Origin: an uncultured Anaerolineaceae bacterium
Lineage (GTDB): Bacteria; Chloroflexota; Dehalococcoidia; Tepidiformales; Tepidiformaceae
DNA: 43,176 nucleotides
Reading direction: 5' to 3'
Assembly (NCBI GenBank): GCA_964475735.1
Contig: CAYYYI010000003.1
Coordinates: 10,923 to 54,098, forward strand
Numbering within the stretch: the first letter of the stretch is position 1; each line of letters starts with the position of its first letter. The position numbers were made by a program, and so were the translations under genes. The notes under the pieces were generated by a model. That model was not told the DNA's origin. It was given only the letters and a program-made list of their open reading frames with translations, and did no database searches. Positions 35,664 through 43,176 of this stretch are shown one piece after another.

Positions 35664-36424
35664 ACGAATCTCTCGGGCCAGAGCAGGACAACCGCTCCCC
35701 CCAGGGCCAGGTAGGGGCCATAGCTGAAGACGCGCTTCGCGCCGCCCATGACAAGCATGACGATGCTGGGAACGCCCGCGGCAATCACCCCCAGGAAGAG
35801 CGCAGGCATTATCGCCGGCCACCCGGCGAGCAACCCGGTGAGCAGGATAAGCTTCACGTCGCCAAGGCCGAACGGCGTCGCCTTCACTCCCAGCAGAGCG
35901 CCGGCGAGCAGGCCGGCCACGAACAGCACACCCCCGGCCGCGAGCGCAGTTGCAGCGCCCAGCCAGATGCCGGCCACCGAGCGGTCGGGCCAGGCCCAGC
36001 AGAGCCCCGCTGCAGCCAGCAGAGAAGGGTAGAGCAGCCTGTTCGGGATGATGCGCCGTTCGAAGTCAGCGCTCGAAAGAACCGCCAGGACCAGCACGAA
36101 ACCGGCGGTGAGAACGGCGGGACCGGCGTCGTAGTGGTCCGGGCGCAGGGCGAGCGCTGCCCCGGCCGCGCAGGCCCCCGCCAGCAGGGCGCGGTAGCGG
36201 AGGAGCTTGGCGCCGCGCAGGGGATCCTCGCGGTACTCCTGCTGACGGTAGAGCAGGTGCTGCCACCCGGCGGCGAACCAGCCGAAAGCGAGCCCGGCCG
36301 CGCCTGCCGCCACGGTCAGAGCGATTTCCACGCTCGCAACTATCGGTTGAAGGCCCGCTGTCCACAACCTTGCCCGGCGCGAGTCCTGTGCGCCGTTCCC
36401 GGGAGCCGGGGTACACTCCGCCAA
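35660..36424 (-). CDS. tadV: A24 family prepilin peptidase (CpaA/TadV)
   Basis: It is polytopic, with two catalytic Asp contexts (SSADFERRIIPN and PFGLGDVKLIL). The start is uncertain: TTG 36424 or GTG 36331. Confidence 0.83.
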   Translation of the reverse strand: MAECTPAPGNGAQDSRRARLWTAGLQPIVASVEIALTVAAGAAGLAFGWFAAGWQHLLYRQQEYREDPLRGAKLLRYRALLAGACAAGAALALRPDHYDAGPAVLTAGFVLVLAVLSSADFERRIIPNRLLYPSLLAAAGLCWAWPDRSVAGIWLGAATALAAGGVLFVAGLLAGALLGVKATPFGLGDVKLILLTGLLAGWPAIMPALFLGVIAAGVPSIVMLVMGGAKRVFSYGPYLALGGAVVLLWPERFV

Positions 36425-36447
36425 ACCCCGCCCGGAATCGAGCCGCC

Positions 36448-37746
36448 ATGACCACTGAGATCGACTGGAACGCCGCGACCAACGAAGCCGTCCGCATCCT
36501 CCGTGAGTACCTGCGCATCGACACCTCTAACCCGCCGGGAAACGAGGAGCGCGCGGTCCGCTTCCTGGGCGAGATATTGGCTGCTGAGGGCATTCCCTTT
36601 GAGACGGCCGAGTCAGCGCCCGGGCGCTCGAACCTCATCGCCCGCGTGGGGCCAGGCAAGGGCGGCATCTGCCTGCTCAACCACACCGACGTCGTGCCCG
36701 TTGAGCGCCAGTTCTGGGACGTGGACCCGTTCGGTGGCGAGCTGCGCGACGGGATGATCTGGGGGCGCGGCGCCCTCGACATGAAGGCGATGGGGGTGAT
36801 GGAGCTGATGACCGTCATCCTGCTGAAGCGGCAGGGAGTCCCGCTCCGGCGCGCGGTCACGTTCCTGGCCGTTGCCGATGAGGAGGCCGGGAGCGAGTTC
36901 GGCGCCGCCTGGATCGAGCGGCATCGCCCCACCTGGCTCGGCGCTGACCTGGTCATCAACGAGGGGGCGTATGGCCTGAGCGAAATCGCGGGCAGCGGGA
37001 CGCCCGTGTTCACCTTCGCGCCGAGCGAGAAGGTCCCCTTCTGGCTGCGGCTTGTCACGCGAGGCAGACCGGGGCACGGCTCCGTGCCCCACGGCGACAA
37101 CTGCGCCGAACGGCTCGTTCAGGCCCTCGACCGGGTCGGCCGCTGGCAGCAGGGGGTGCGCGTGACCCCGGTGATGCAGGCCCACTTCGACGCCCTCGCA
37201 GAGGCCGGGCTGGGCCCGGGCTCAGGCGAGGCCGCGATCCGCGCCACGGCGGGCGAGAACCCCGCCGCCAGGGCACGGCTGGCGAACACCATCTCCCTCA
37301 CGACCATCGCCACGGGGGTCAAGGTGAACGTCATCCCCGCGGAGGCGAGCGCCACGCTCGACTGCCGCCTTCTCCCCGATGTTGACCCGGACGAGTTCCT
37401 CGCCGCCCTGCGGGCTGTGATCGGCGACGAACGGGTGGAGATCGAGGTCATCAACCGGTACCAGGGCGCGGCCTCGCCGCTTGATTCCGAATTCACCCGC
37501 GTGGTGAGCGAGGTGGTCTCGGAGATGGTTGAAGGCGCAAGGCTCATCCCGGAGCTAACCCCCGGCTTCACCGACTCGCGCATCTATCGCATGCGCGGGG
37601 TGCCCGCCTACGGGTTCGTCCCCTGCGTGCTCCCACCGGGCGACCTCGCCACCATCCACGGCCACAACGAACGCATCAGCGTGGAGAACATCCGCCTGGG
37701 GTTGCAGGTGATGTACGAGGTGGTGCGAAGGCTCTGCGCCTCCTGA
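36448..37746 (+). CDS. M20 family metallopeptidase (ArgE/DapE/CPG2-like)
   Basis: Motifs seen are LREYLRIDTSNPPGNE, LLNHTDVVP, GRGALDMKA, ADEEAGS and HGHNERI. I placed the start at ATG 36448. Confidence 0.88.
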   Translation: MTTEIDWNAATNEAVRILREYLRIDTSNPPGNEERAVRFLGEILAAEGIPFETAESAPGRSNLIARVGPGKGGICLLNHTDVVPVERQFWDVDPFGGELRDGMIWGRGALDMKAMGVMELMTVILLKRQGVPLRRAVTFLAVADEEAGSEFGAAWIERHRPTWLGADLVINEGAYGLSEIAGSGTPVFTFAPSEKVPFWLRLVTRGRPGHGSVPHGDNCAERLVQALDRVGRWQQGVRVTPVMQAHFDALAEAGLGPGSGEAAIRATAGENPAARARLANTISLTTIATGVKVNVIPAEASATLDCRLLPDVDPDEFLAALRAVIGDERVEIEVINRYQGAASPLDSEFTRVVSEVVSEMVEGARLIPELTPGFTDSRIYRMRGVPAYGFVPCVLPPGDLATIHGHNERISVENIRLGLQVMYEVVRRLCAS

Positions 37747-37758
37747 TGCGGCCTGGTC

Positions 37759-40215
37759 TCAGGCGTCGCGGACGGCCGCTTCGAGGCGCTCGGTAGCCTC
37801 GGCGTAGCTGGTGCCCGGCTCGAACGTGATGGGCTCGCCAATGTTGACGCGCACGCGTGCACGCGGATGGGGCAGCCACTTGCCCTCGTAGAACCCCGGG
37901 CGGAGCACGTCGATGCGCATCGGGAGGACGGGCACGCCCGTCTCAACGGCCAGCAGCCCGGTGCCGCTCTTGAACGGCTGCATCGGACCGAGAACCGTCA
38001 GCATCCCTTCCGGGAAGATGAGCACGTTCCAGCCCTCTTCGAGCATCTTCGCCACATGCTCAAGGCTCTCGCGAACGCCGCTCCCTTCTTTGGCGAAGGG
38101 GAAGGCATTGCCCAGCAGGCTTGCGCTGAAGCCGCGCAGCCGGTTCCCAAAGATGTCGCTCGCAGCCGCCGCCACCGCCACCCGCTGCCGGAACGAAGCC
38201 GGCATGCTGCGCAGCAAGAGCGAGTGGTCGACGTGCATGTTGTGGTTGCTGACGATGAGGCAGGGCTCGCGCAGGTCGCGGAAGCGTCCGCGGCCGCGCA
38301 CCTCAACGCTATAGCCCAGCCGCAGGAGCGGGAACACAATGCCCGACATGAGCACGCGCCGCAGCCAGCGCACCGGCCGCCTGCGGGGCCAGCCAGGGAA
38401 GCGGTGAGCCTTTGGACGGCGTTCTCCCTGCTCTGTCATTGTCCGCAGTTCCGAAACCGTGGTCTGCGGGCCAATTTCCGTGTCATCAACGAATACACCA
38501 ATCTCTTCCTCGATCGCTGAAAGCAACTCGACTCTCCCCAGGGAGTCAAGGCCCAGGTCGGGTCCCAGCGCATGGTCCTCGCGGATGGTCCCTTCAAACT
38601 TGCTGCACGAGGCTATCACGCGGCGGAGCTCATCGCTGTCGGCGACGCCCGCGGCGGACACGGGCGCAGATACTTCAAGCCCCTTCAGGAAATCGGTAAC
38701 GAGGTTCTTCCGCACCTTCAGCGTGTGGGTCCGCGGGAAGTCCTCTTCGGGCCACACGGTGAAGCCCATTATCTGCTGGCGGTCGTCGAGCTTCGTGTTT
38801 GCGGCACGCACGGCCTGCTCGGCGGCGCCCGGCTGGTCCTCGATCAGTACAGCGTGGATTCGTACGTCTCCGTCGCGCTCGAGGCCCACGACAACCGCGT
38901 CGATCACCCCGGGCTCGCGCGACAACACCCCCTCGATGTCCTCGGGATAGACGTTCTGACCATCGGCGAGGACGATGAGGTCCTTCTTCCGCCCCTTCAG
39001 GAAGAGGTAGCCGTCCTCGATGTAGCCGAGGTCGCCGGTGCGGTACCAGTCGCCGTCGAAGGCCGCGGCGGTCGCCGCTTCGTTCTTCCAGTAGCCTCTG
39101 AACACATTGGGGCCGCGCGTCTGCACCTCGCCGTCTTCGGTCACGCGCACCTGCTGCCCCGGGAGCGGGCGCCCGACGCTCTTCAATCGCCGATCGTTTC
39201 GAGGATTGATGCTGACGACGGGAGCGGCCTCGGTGGCCCCGTACCCTTCGACGATGGGGACGCCCATGGCCTCCCACTTGAGCTGCACTTCAGAATCGAG
39301 GGCGGCGCCGCCGCTGGCGATAAAGTCGATCTTCGCTCCGAAGCGGCTCAGCACTGACCGGAACAGCAGCCTCCGGGCGCGCGACGGAAGGGGGGCGGCG
39401 ATGCGCCGCAGCCGCTTCAACATCGCCATCCGGCCCTGGTTCGTGGCCTCGCGCTCGATGCCGTTCATGAACAGCGAAAGCACCTGCGGCACGGCGATGA
39501 TGATCGTCGGTTTCCAATCCTGCATGACGCGGGCGAGCGCCGCGGGCTGGCGGCTTGCCGGGTAGTAGATGGCCGCGCCGGCCGCAATGGCAGCGTGGCA
39601 TCCGCCAGTCTGCTCAAACATGTGGCTGAGAGGCAGCAGCGAGAGCAGCCGGCTCTCGCGCGAGAAGTGAATGACTGTCAGGGCCGCCTCGACGTTCGCG
39701 GCGATGTTGCGGTGTGAGAGCATGACACCTTTGGGATCGCCGGTGGTGCCGGACGTGAAGATGATCTCCGCGATGTCATCGCCGCTGATGGGCGCCGGGG
39801 TCACCTTGCCGTCGGCCGGGAGGTGGAGCGACTCCATTTCGAGCACGGGGACTTCGAGCTCGCGCAGCACGGCTGCCTGGTCGCGCCCGGCGAAGGCGAG
39901 GGCCGGCTCGGTTTGGGACACTACACGTTCGACGAATTCTCGCGAACTGCGCACGTCGAGAGGCACCAGGATTCCGCCCGCCAGGAAGGTCCCGTACATG
40001 GCGGCGACCCAGTCGGGCTGGTTCGGCGCCCAGATCAGCACCCGATCGCCCACCTTCATGTGGCGCTGCTCCATTAGCCGTGCGTAGGCATGGGCCCGTT
40101 GTTCGAGCTCGCCGTAGGTGTAGCGGATGGAGCGCACCCCAAGGCGCATGAGCAGAGCCGTCCGGTCACGGTTCTCGTTGGCAGCCTGTTCCAGGAGGTC
40201 GGCGAGCGTGTTCAT
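37759..40215 (-). CDS. Tri-domain fusion: AMP-dependent acyl synthetase/ligase + phosphopantetheine carrier domain + PlsC/LPLAT-type acyltransferase
   Basis: The ANL motifs are IIFTSGTTGDPKG, GYGATE and YRTGDLG...LKGRKKDLI. The carrier motif is DLGLDSLGRVELL. The acyltransferase motifs are NHNMHVD (H-x4-D) and IFPEG. It is a single uninterrupted 818-aa frame. Confidence 0.9.
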   Translation of the reverse strand: MNTLADLLEQAANENRDRTALLMRLGVRSIRYTYGELEQRAHAYARLMEQRHMKVGDRVLIWAPNQPDWVAAMYGTFLAGGILVPLDVRSSREFVERVVSQTEPALAFAGRDQAAVLRELEVPVLEMESLHLPADGKVTPAPISGDDIAEIIFTSGTTGDPKGVMLSHRNIAANVEAALTVIHFSRESRLLSLLPLSHMFEQTGGCHAAIAAGAAIYYPASRQPAALARVMQDWKPTIIIAVPQVLSLFMNGIEREATNQGRMAMLKRLRRIAAPLPSRARRLLFRSVLSRFGAKIDFIASGGAALDSEVQLKWEAMGVPIVEGYGATEAAPVVSINPRNDRRLKSVGRPLPGQQVRVTEDGEVQTRGPNVFRGYWKNEAATAAAFDGDWYRTGDLGYIEDGYLFLKGRKKDLIVLADGQNVYPEDIEGVLSREPGVIDAVVVGLERDGDVRIHAVLIEDQPGAAEQAVRAANTKLDDRQQIMGFTVWPEEDFPRTHTLKVRKNLVTDFLKGLEVSAPVSAAGVADSDELRRVIASCSKFEGTIREDHALGPDLGLDSLGRVELLSAIEEEIGVFVDDTEIGPQTTVSELRTMTEQGERRPKAHRFPGWPRRRPVRWLRRVLMSGIVFPLLRLGYSVEVRGRGRFRDLREPCLIVSNHNMHVDHSLLLRSMPASFRQRVAVAAAASDIFGNRLRGFSASLLGNAFPFAKEGSGVRESLEHVAKMLEEGWNVLIFPEGMLTVLGPMQPFKSGTGLLAVETGVPVLPMRIDVLRPGFYEGKWLPHPRARVRVNIGEPITFEPGTSYAEATERLEAAVRDA

Positions 40216-40219
40216 CGGA

Positions 40220-40987
40220 TCATCCGGTCAGCGTGGCTACGAACTGGCGGACCTGCGCGTCGGCGCCCGTGAGAATCGGGCGGAAGTGGCTGAAACAGAG
40301 GGTGTCGAAGTCAAGAGCTGCCAGCTTCCTGACTGATTCGGCGGCCTCGGCCATGTCCTGGGTGAACAGCCGGTTCGGCAGCATGAGCCGCCCAAACTTG
40401 AACTGCATGGCATCGCCGATGAGGAGCAGGCCCCGGTTCGGGAAATGGATGGAGATGCTGCCCGCGGTATGGCCGGGCGCGTGGACAATGCGCATCCCGC
40501 CGAAGGCTGGGAGCTCGTCGCCATCCTTCAGGTGAACGTCGACGCGAGCCGAGCCCGGGTCCTGCCGCAGCAGGTACGGTTCGCAGATCTTCGCCAGGAG
40601 AGGATGCATGAACGGGTTGGGGAGCGGCTCGTCGCTCTCCACGTGGGGCGCCTCGGCCAGATGAACACCCGTCCGGGCATCGACGTACTTCTGGATCTCG
40701 GGCAGCCCGCCCACGTGGTCTATGTGGTAGTGGGTGATGACGATGTTCTTGATGTCCTCGGGCGAACGGCCGATCTCCTGCAGGGCCTTCAGTATGCGAA
40801 TACCTGAACCCGGGTTGCCGGTATCGATGAGCGTTATGTCGTCTTCGACAATGAGGTAGGCGCGGGAGCCACGGGTGCGTACCTGGTAGAGGCCAGGCAG
40901 CACTTCGCGCGCGAGGCGAAAGGGGGCCGGCTTCATCTCGTCCCAGCGTTCCTGCCATGGCCGTACGGCCGTCTGACGCGTAGGCAT
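40220..40987 (-). CDS. MBL-fold metallo-hydrolase
   Basis: Motifs seen are ITHYHIDHVGG (HxHxDH), HAPGHTAGS and a C-terminal CFSHF. Its stop lies 4 nt before the start of the fusion gene. ATG 40936 is an alternative start. Confidence 0.85.
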   Translation of the reverse strand: MPTRQTAVRPWQERWDEMKPAPFRLAREVLPGLYQVRTRGSRAYLIVEDDITLIDTGNPGSGIRILKALQEIGRSPEDIKNIVITHYHIDHVGGLPEIQKYVDARTGVHLAEAPHVESDEPLPNPFMHPLLAKICEPYLLRQDPGSARVDVHLKDGDELPAFGGMRIVHAPGHTAGSISIHFPNRGLLLIGDAMQFKFGRLMLPNRLFTQDMAEAAESVRKLAALDFDTLCFSHFRPILTGADAQVRQFVATLTG

Positions 40988-41348
40988 GGCCTAAGCATAT
41001 CAGGAACGCGAGCGCGCGAAGCCCGGGCGGGGTCAACTTCGAAGCGAAAAGTCTCCGCAGGCGCGCAACAGGCGGGCAAGTCTCGCGTAAGGATGCACCC
41101 TGGCCGGAAGGCGCGCATCGCCGTACCGTGCGCAGCTTCGAGTGCATGCGATCGTGTCCGGCAATTCTGGAGGCTCAGCGACGCCCGGGCTTCTCGCATC
41201 GAGCGCCAGAAGCTATCCCTGGAGGCATCGATAACTTGCGGGCAAGGCTCCAATAACCAGCAGGAACCGGGCGCAATCGGGGACTGCATCTGAGTTGCGT
41301 GGGCAGCGGGACGTCGAGTATCGTGCTGTGACGAGCAAGGAGAATTCG

Positions 41349-42257
41349 ATGCAGGTTGAGCAAGTACGGTTCCGTAGTGGTGACGGTGAATGCGGGGCGG
41401 ACCTCTACTTGCCGGGCGACAGGGCATCTGGCGAACGCCGCCCTGCGATTGTTCTCGGAAGCGGCTTTGCAACGCGAAAAGAGAGCATCAGACCACACGC
41501 CGAATATTTCGCCAAAGCTGGATTTATCGCACTGGCGATTGACTACCGCACTTTCGGAGAAAGCAGCGGTGATGTCCGTCACCAGGTGTTTCCGCTTTGG
41601 CAAGTAGAAGATTACCGGTCAGGGATCTCCTATCTTGAGACTCGCAAAGAGGTTGATCCCGATCGGATCGGCATCTGGGGCATGAGTTTCGCGGGCGGTG
41701 TCGTTCTGTATACGGCGGCCTTCGAGCCGCGCATTAAGGCGGTGGTTTCGCAAACACCGGTCGTGAACGGATGGCGATGGGCGCAGGGGTTAAGGACACG
41801 AGGTGAATGGGAGAAGCTGATCAACGTAACGCTCGTTGAGGATCGCCGCCGCCGCGCGTCGGGCGAGTTGAGCCGTCTCATCCCTCACTCAGGCGCCATG
41901 TACGCGGCAATGCCATTCAGCGAACCTGACATCGCCGAGATAGATGTGATGCGCGAGCCCGACGGCTCCCTCCCCATGCATGTGGCGCTCAGGGTCACTC
42001 TTGAGTCACTCGAAAAGGTCATCGAGTTCCTGCCCGACACCGTAATCGACCGCATCGCGCCACGGCCGCTGTGCATCATCACCGTTTCGGGGTATGACGC
42101 CGTCCACCCCCTGGATCACATCCAGGAAGCCTACCAGCGGGCAGGTGAACCGAAGAAGCTGGTCCTGCTCCCCTACCGCCAGTTCGACGTGTACGTCGAG
42201 CCGGGGCGGTCGGTAGCCCTTGACCACGCACGGGACTGGTTTCAGTCACACATGTAG
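41349..42257 (+). CDS. Alpha/beta hydrolase (COG1073/dienelactone-hydrolase-like)
   Basis: The nucleophile elbow is GIWGMSFAGG, followed by ...VHPLDH near the C-terminus. AAGGAG lies 6 nt upstream of ATG 41349. Confidence 0.78.
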   Translation: MQVEQVRFRSGDGECGADLYLPGDRASGERRPAIVLGSGFATRKESIRPHAEYFAKAGFIALAIDYRTFGESSGDVRHQVFPLWQVEDYRSGISYLETRKEVDPDRIGIWGMSFAGGVVLYTAAFEPRIKAVVSQTPVVNGWRWAQGLRTRGEWEKLINVTLVEDRRRRASGELSRLIPHSGAMYAAMPFSEPDIAEIDVMREPDGSLPMHVALRVTLESLEKVIEFLPDTVIDRIAPRPLCIITVSGYDAVHPLDHIQEAYQRAGEPKKLVLLPYRQFDVYVEPGRSVALDHARDWFQSHM

Positions 42258-42337
42258 GCGCTCCTGGCGCCCGGGGCCGGGTTCGTGGCGGAAGCGCCGG
42301 TTTGCGTTTCGCGCCGGGAGCGGTACCTTAAGCCGCC

Positions 42338-43138
42338 ATGACAACAGCACTCTCGGGTGAATGGTCCCTGGTCCTCGGTTCATCAAGCGGCTTTGGAGCG
42401 GCAGTTGCCGTCGAGCTTGCCCGGCACGGATCGAACGTTTTCGGCGTGCACCTGGACCGGCGGCAGACGATGCCAGCGGTCGAGGCCATTGTCAGCGAGA
42501 TCGATGCGTCGGGTGTCCGCGCCCGGTTCTTCAACATCAATGTGGCCGACGAAGAGAAGCGCCAGGCCGCTGTCGCTGAGATGGCCACATTGACGAGCCG
42601 CCCCCTGCGTGTGGTGCTTCACTCCATCGCCTTCGGCACCACGGGCCTCGGCTTGCTGCCCGGCGCCTCAGGCGCCGCCCTCAACCAGAAGCAGATCGAA
42701 ATGACCCTCGACACGATGGCGAACAGCCTCGTCTACTGGGTCCAGGACCTGTTCAATGCTGGGCTCGTCGGCATGGGGACGCGCGTCTACGGGATGACGA
42801 GCGCGGGCAACCAGCGGGTCATCCCGGGATACGGTGCGGTATCAGCCGCGAAGTCGGTTCTTGAGTCGCACCTCCGCCAGCTTGCAGTGGAGCTGGCGCC
42901 GCATGGCGCAACCGCGAACGCCATCCAGGCGGGCGTCACCGATACGCCCGCACTCAGCAAGATCCCCGGCGCGGAGCGGCTTCGCGAATTCGCCCGCGCC
43001 GCCAACCCGTCCGGCCGGATGACGACGCCCGGGGACGTGGCCCGCGCCATCGTGGCGCTTTCAAGCGATGGAACGGAATGGATGACGGGAAATGTCATCC
43101 GCGTCGACGGCGGCGAGGATTTGGTCATCACGCCCTGA
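42338..43138 (+). CDS. SDR family oxidoreductase, enoyl-[ACP] reductase (FabL/FabI)-like
   Basis: It has the Rossmann motif GSSSGFGAA and a Tyr-x6-Lys catalytic spacing (YGAVSAAK) as in FabI/FabL, rather than the classical Y-x3-K. TDTPAL follows. Confidence 0.75.
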   Translation: MTTALSGEWSLVLGSSSGFGAAVAVELARHGSNVFGVHLDRRQTMPAVEAIVSEIDASGVRARFFNINVADEEKRQAAVAEMATLTSRPLRVVLHSIAFGTTGLGLLPGASGAALNQKQIEMTLDTMANSLVYWVQDLFNAGLVGMGTRVYGMTSAGNQRVIPGYGAVSAAKSVLESHLRQLAVELAPHGATANAIQAGVTDTPALSKIPGAERLREFARAANPSGRMTTPGDVARAIVALSSDGTEWMTGNVIRVDGGEDLVITP

Positions 43139-43176
43139 AGTCCATCGTGAAGAGCGCTTCCAAGAAGAAAGGCCCC

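Noticed and set aside
41093-41293. 66-aa ORF in the 361-nt spacer upstream of the alpha/beta hydrolase gene.
   Set aside because: It has no SD or recognisable motif, and its composition is atypical. A minus-strand shadow ORF covers the same DNA. I treated it as non-coding promoter or leader sequence.

Overview
This is a high-GC (about two-thirds G+C by eye) bacterial chromosomal segment, densely coding on both strands. I found no rRNA, tRNA, CRISPR array, transposase or integrase. Many long antisense 'shadow' ORFs in the track are GC artefacts. Several features suggest a monoderm-type high-GC lineage (Chloroflexota- or Actinomycetota-like), though this is only a guess: frequent GTG/TTG starts, 4-nt start/stop overlaps, a Tad locus without a secretin, and a DUF3090 gene.

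Gene order:
- 1-8044: housekeeping block. TSUP exporter fragment, family-4 uracil-DNA glycosylase, RNase J, FtsK, a fused AccD-AccA carboxyltransferase and a second TSUP exporter.
- 8050-12243: membrane-anchored MA-clan zinc peptidase, MFS transporter and MarR regulator.
- 12244-13263: two tandem paralogous Cys4 zinc-ribbon miniproteins behind long non-coding leaders.
- 13284-18729 (minus strand): WYL regulator, then Xaa-Pro aminopeptidase, DPP-IV-like S9 peptidase and rhodanese.
- 18907-20883: DUF3090 and DUF3048 proteins.
- 20973-25926: pfkA, then overlapping glpK-glpD-sirtuin genes.
- 25948-36424: a complete secretin-less Tad/Flp pilus locus. On the minus strand it runs flp-tadE-tadG(vWA)-cpaB-tadZ-tadA-tadB-tadC-DUF192, with a separate prepilin peptidase gene. 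An ICMT-family methyltransferase gene sits between flp and the peptidase gene.
- 36448-43138: M20 peptidase and a lipid-flavoured cluster. It holds an MBL-fold hydrolase plus an 818-aa adenylation/carrier/PlsC-acyltransferase fusion, an alpha/beta hydrolase and an enoyl-ACP-reductase-like SDR.

The best candidates for something undescribed are:
- the tri-domain acyl-activating/carrier/acyltransferase enzyme with its coupled MBL hydrolase;
- the MarR-adjacent tandem zinc-ribbon miniprotein pair with structured leaders;
- the non-canonical accessories of the Tad locus (DUF192, the ICMT methyltransferase, the split vWA TadG and the Arg-motif extension on CpaF).

All functional calls come from motif recognition by eye. 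No database search was run.
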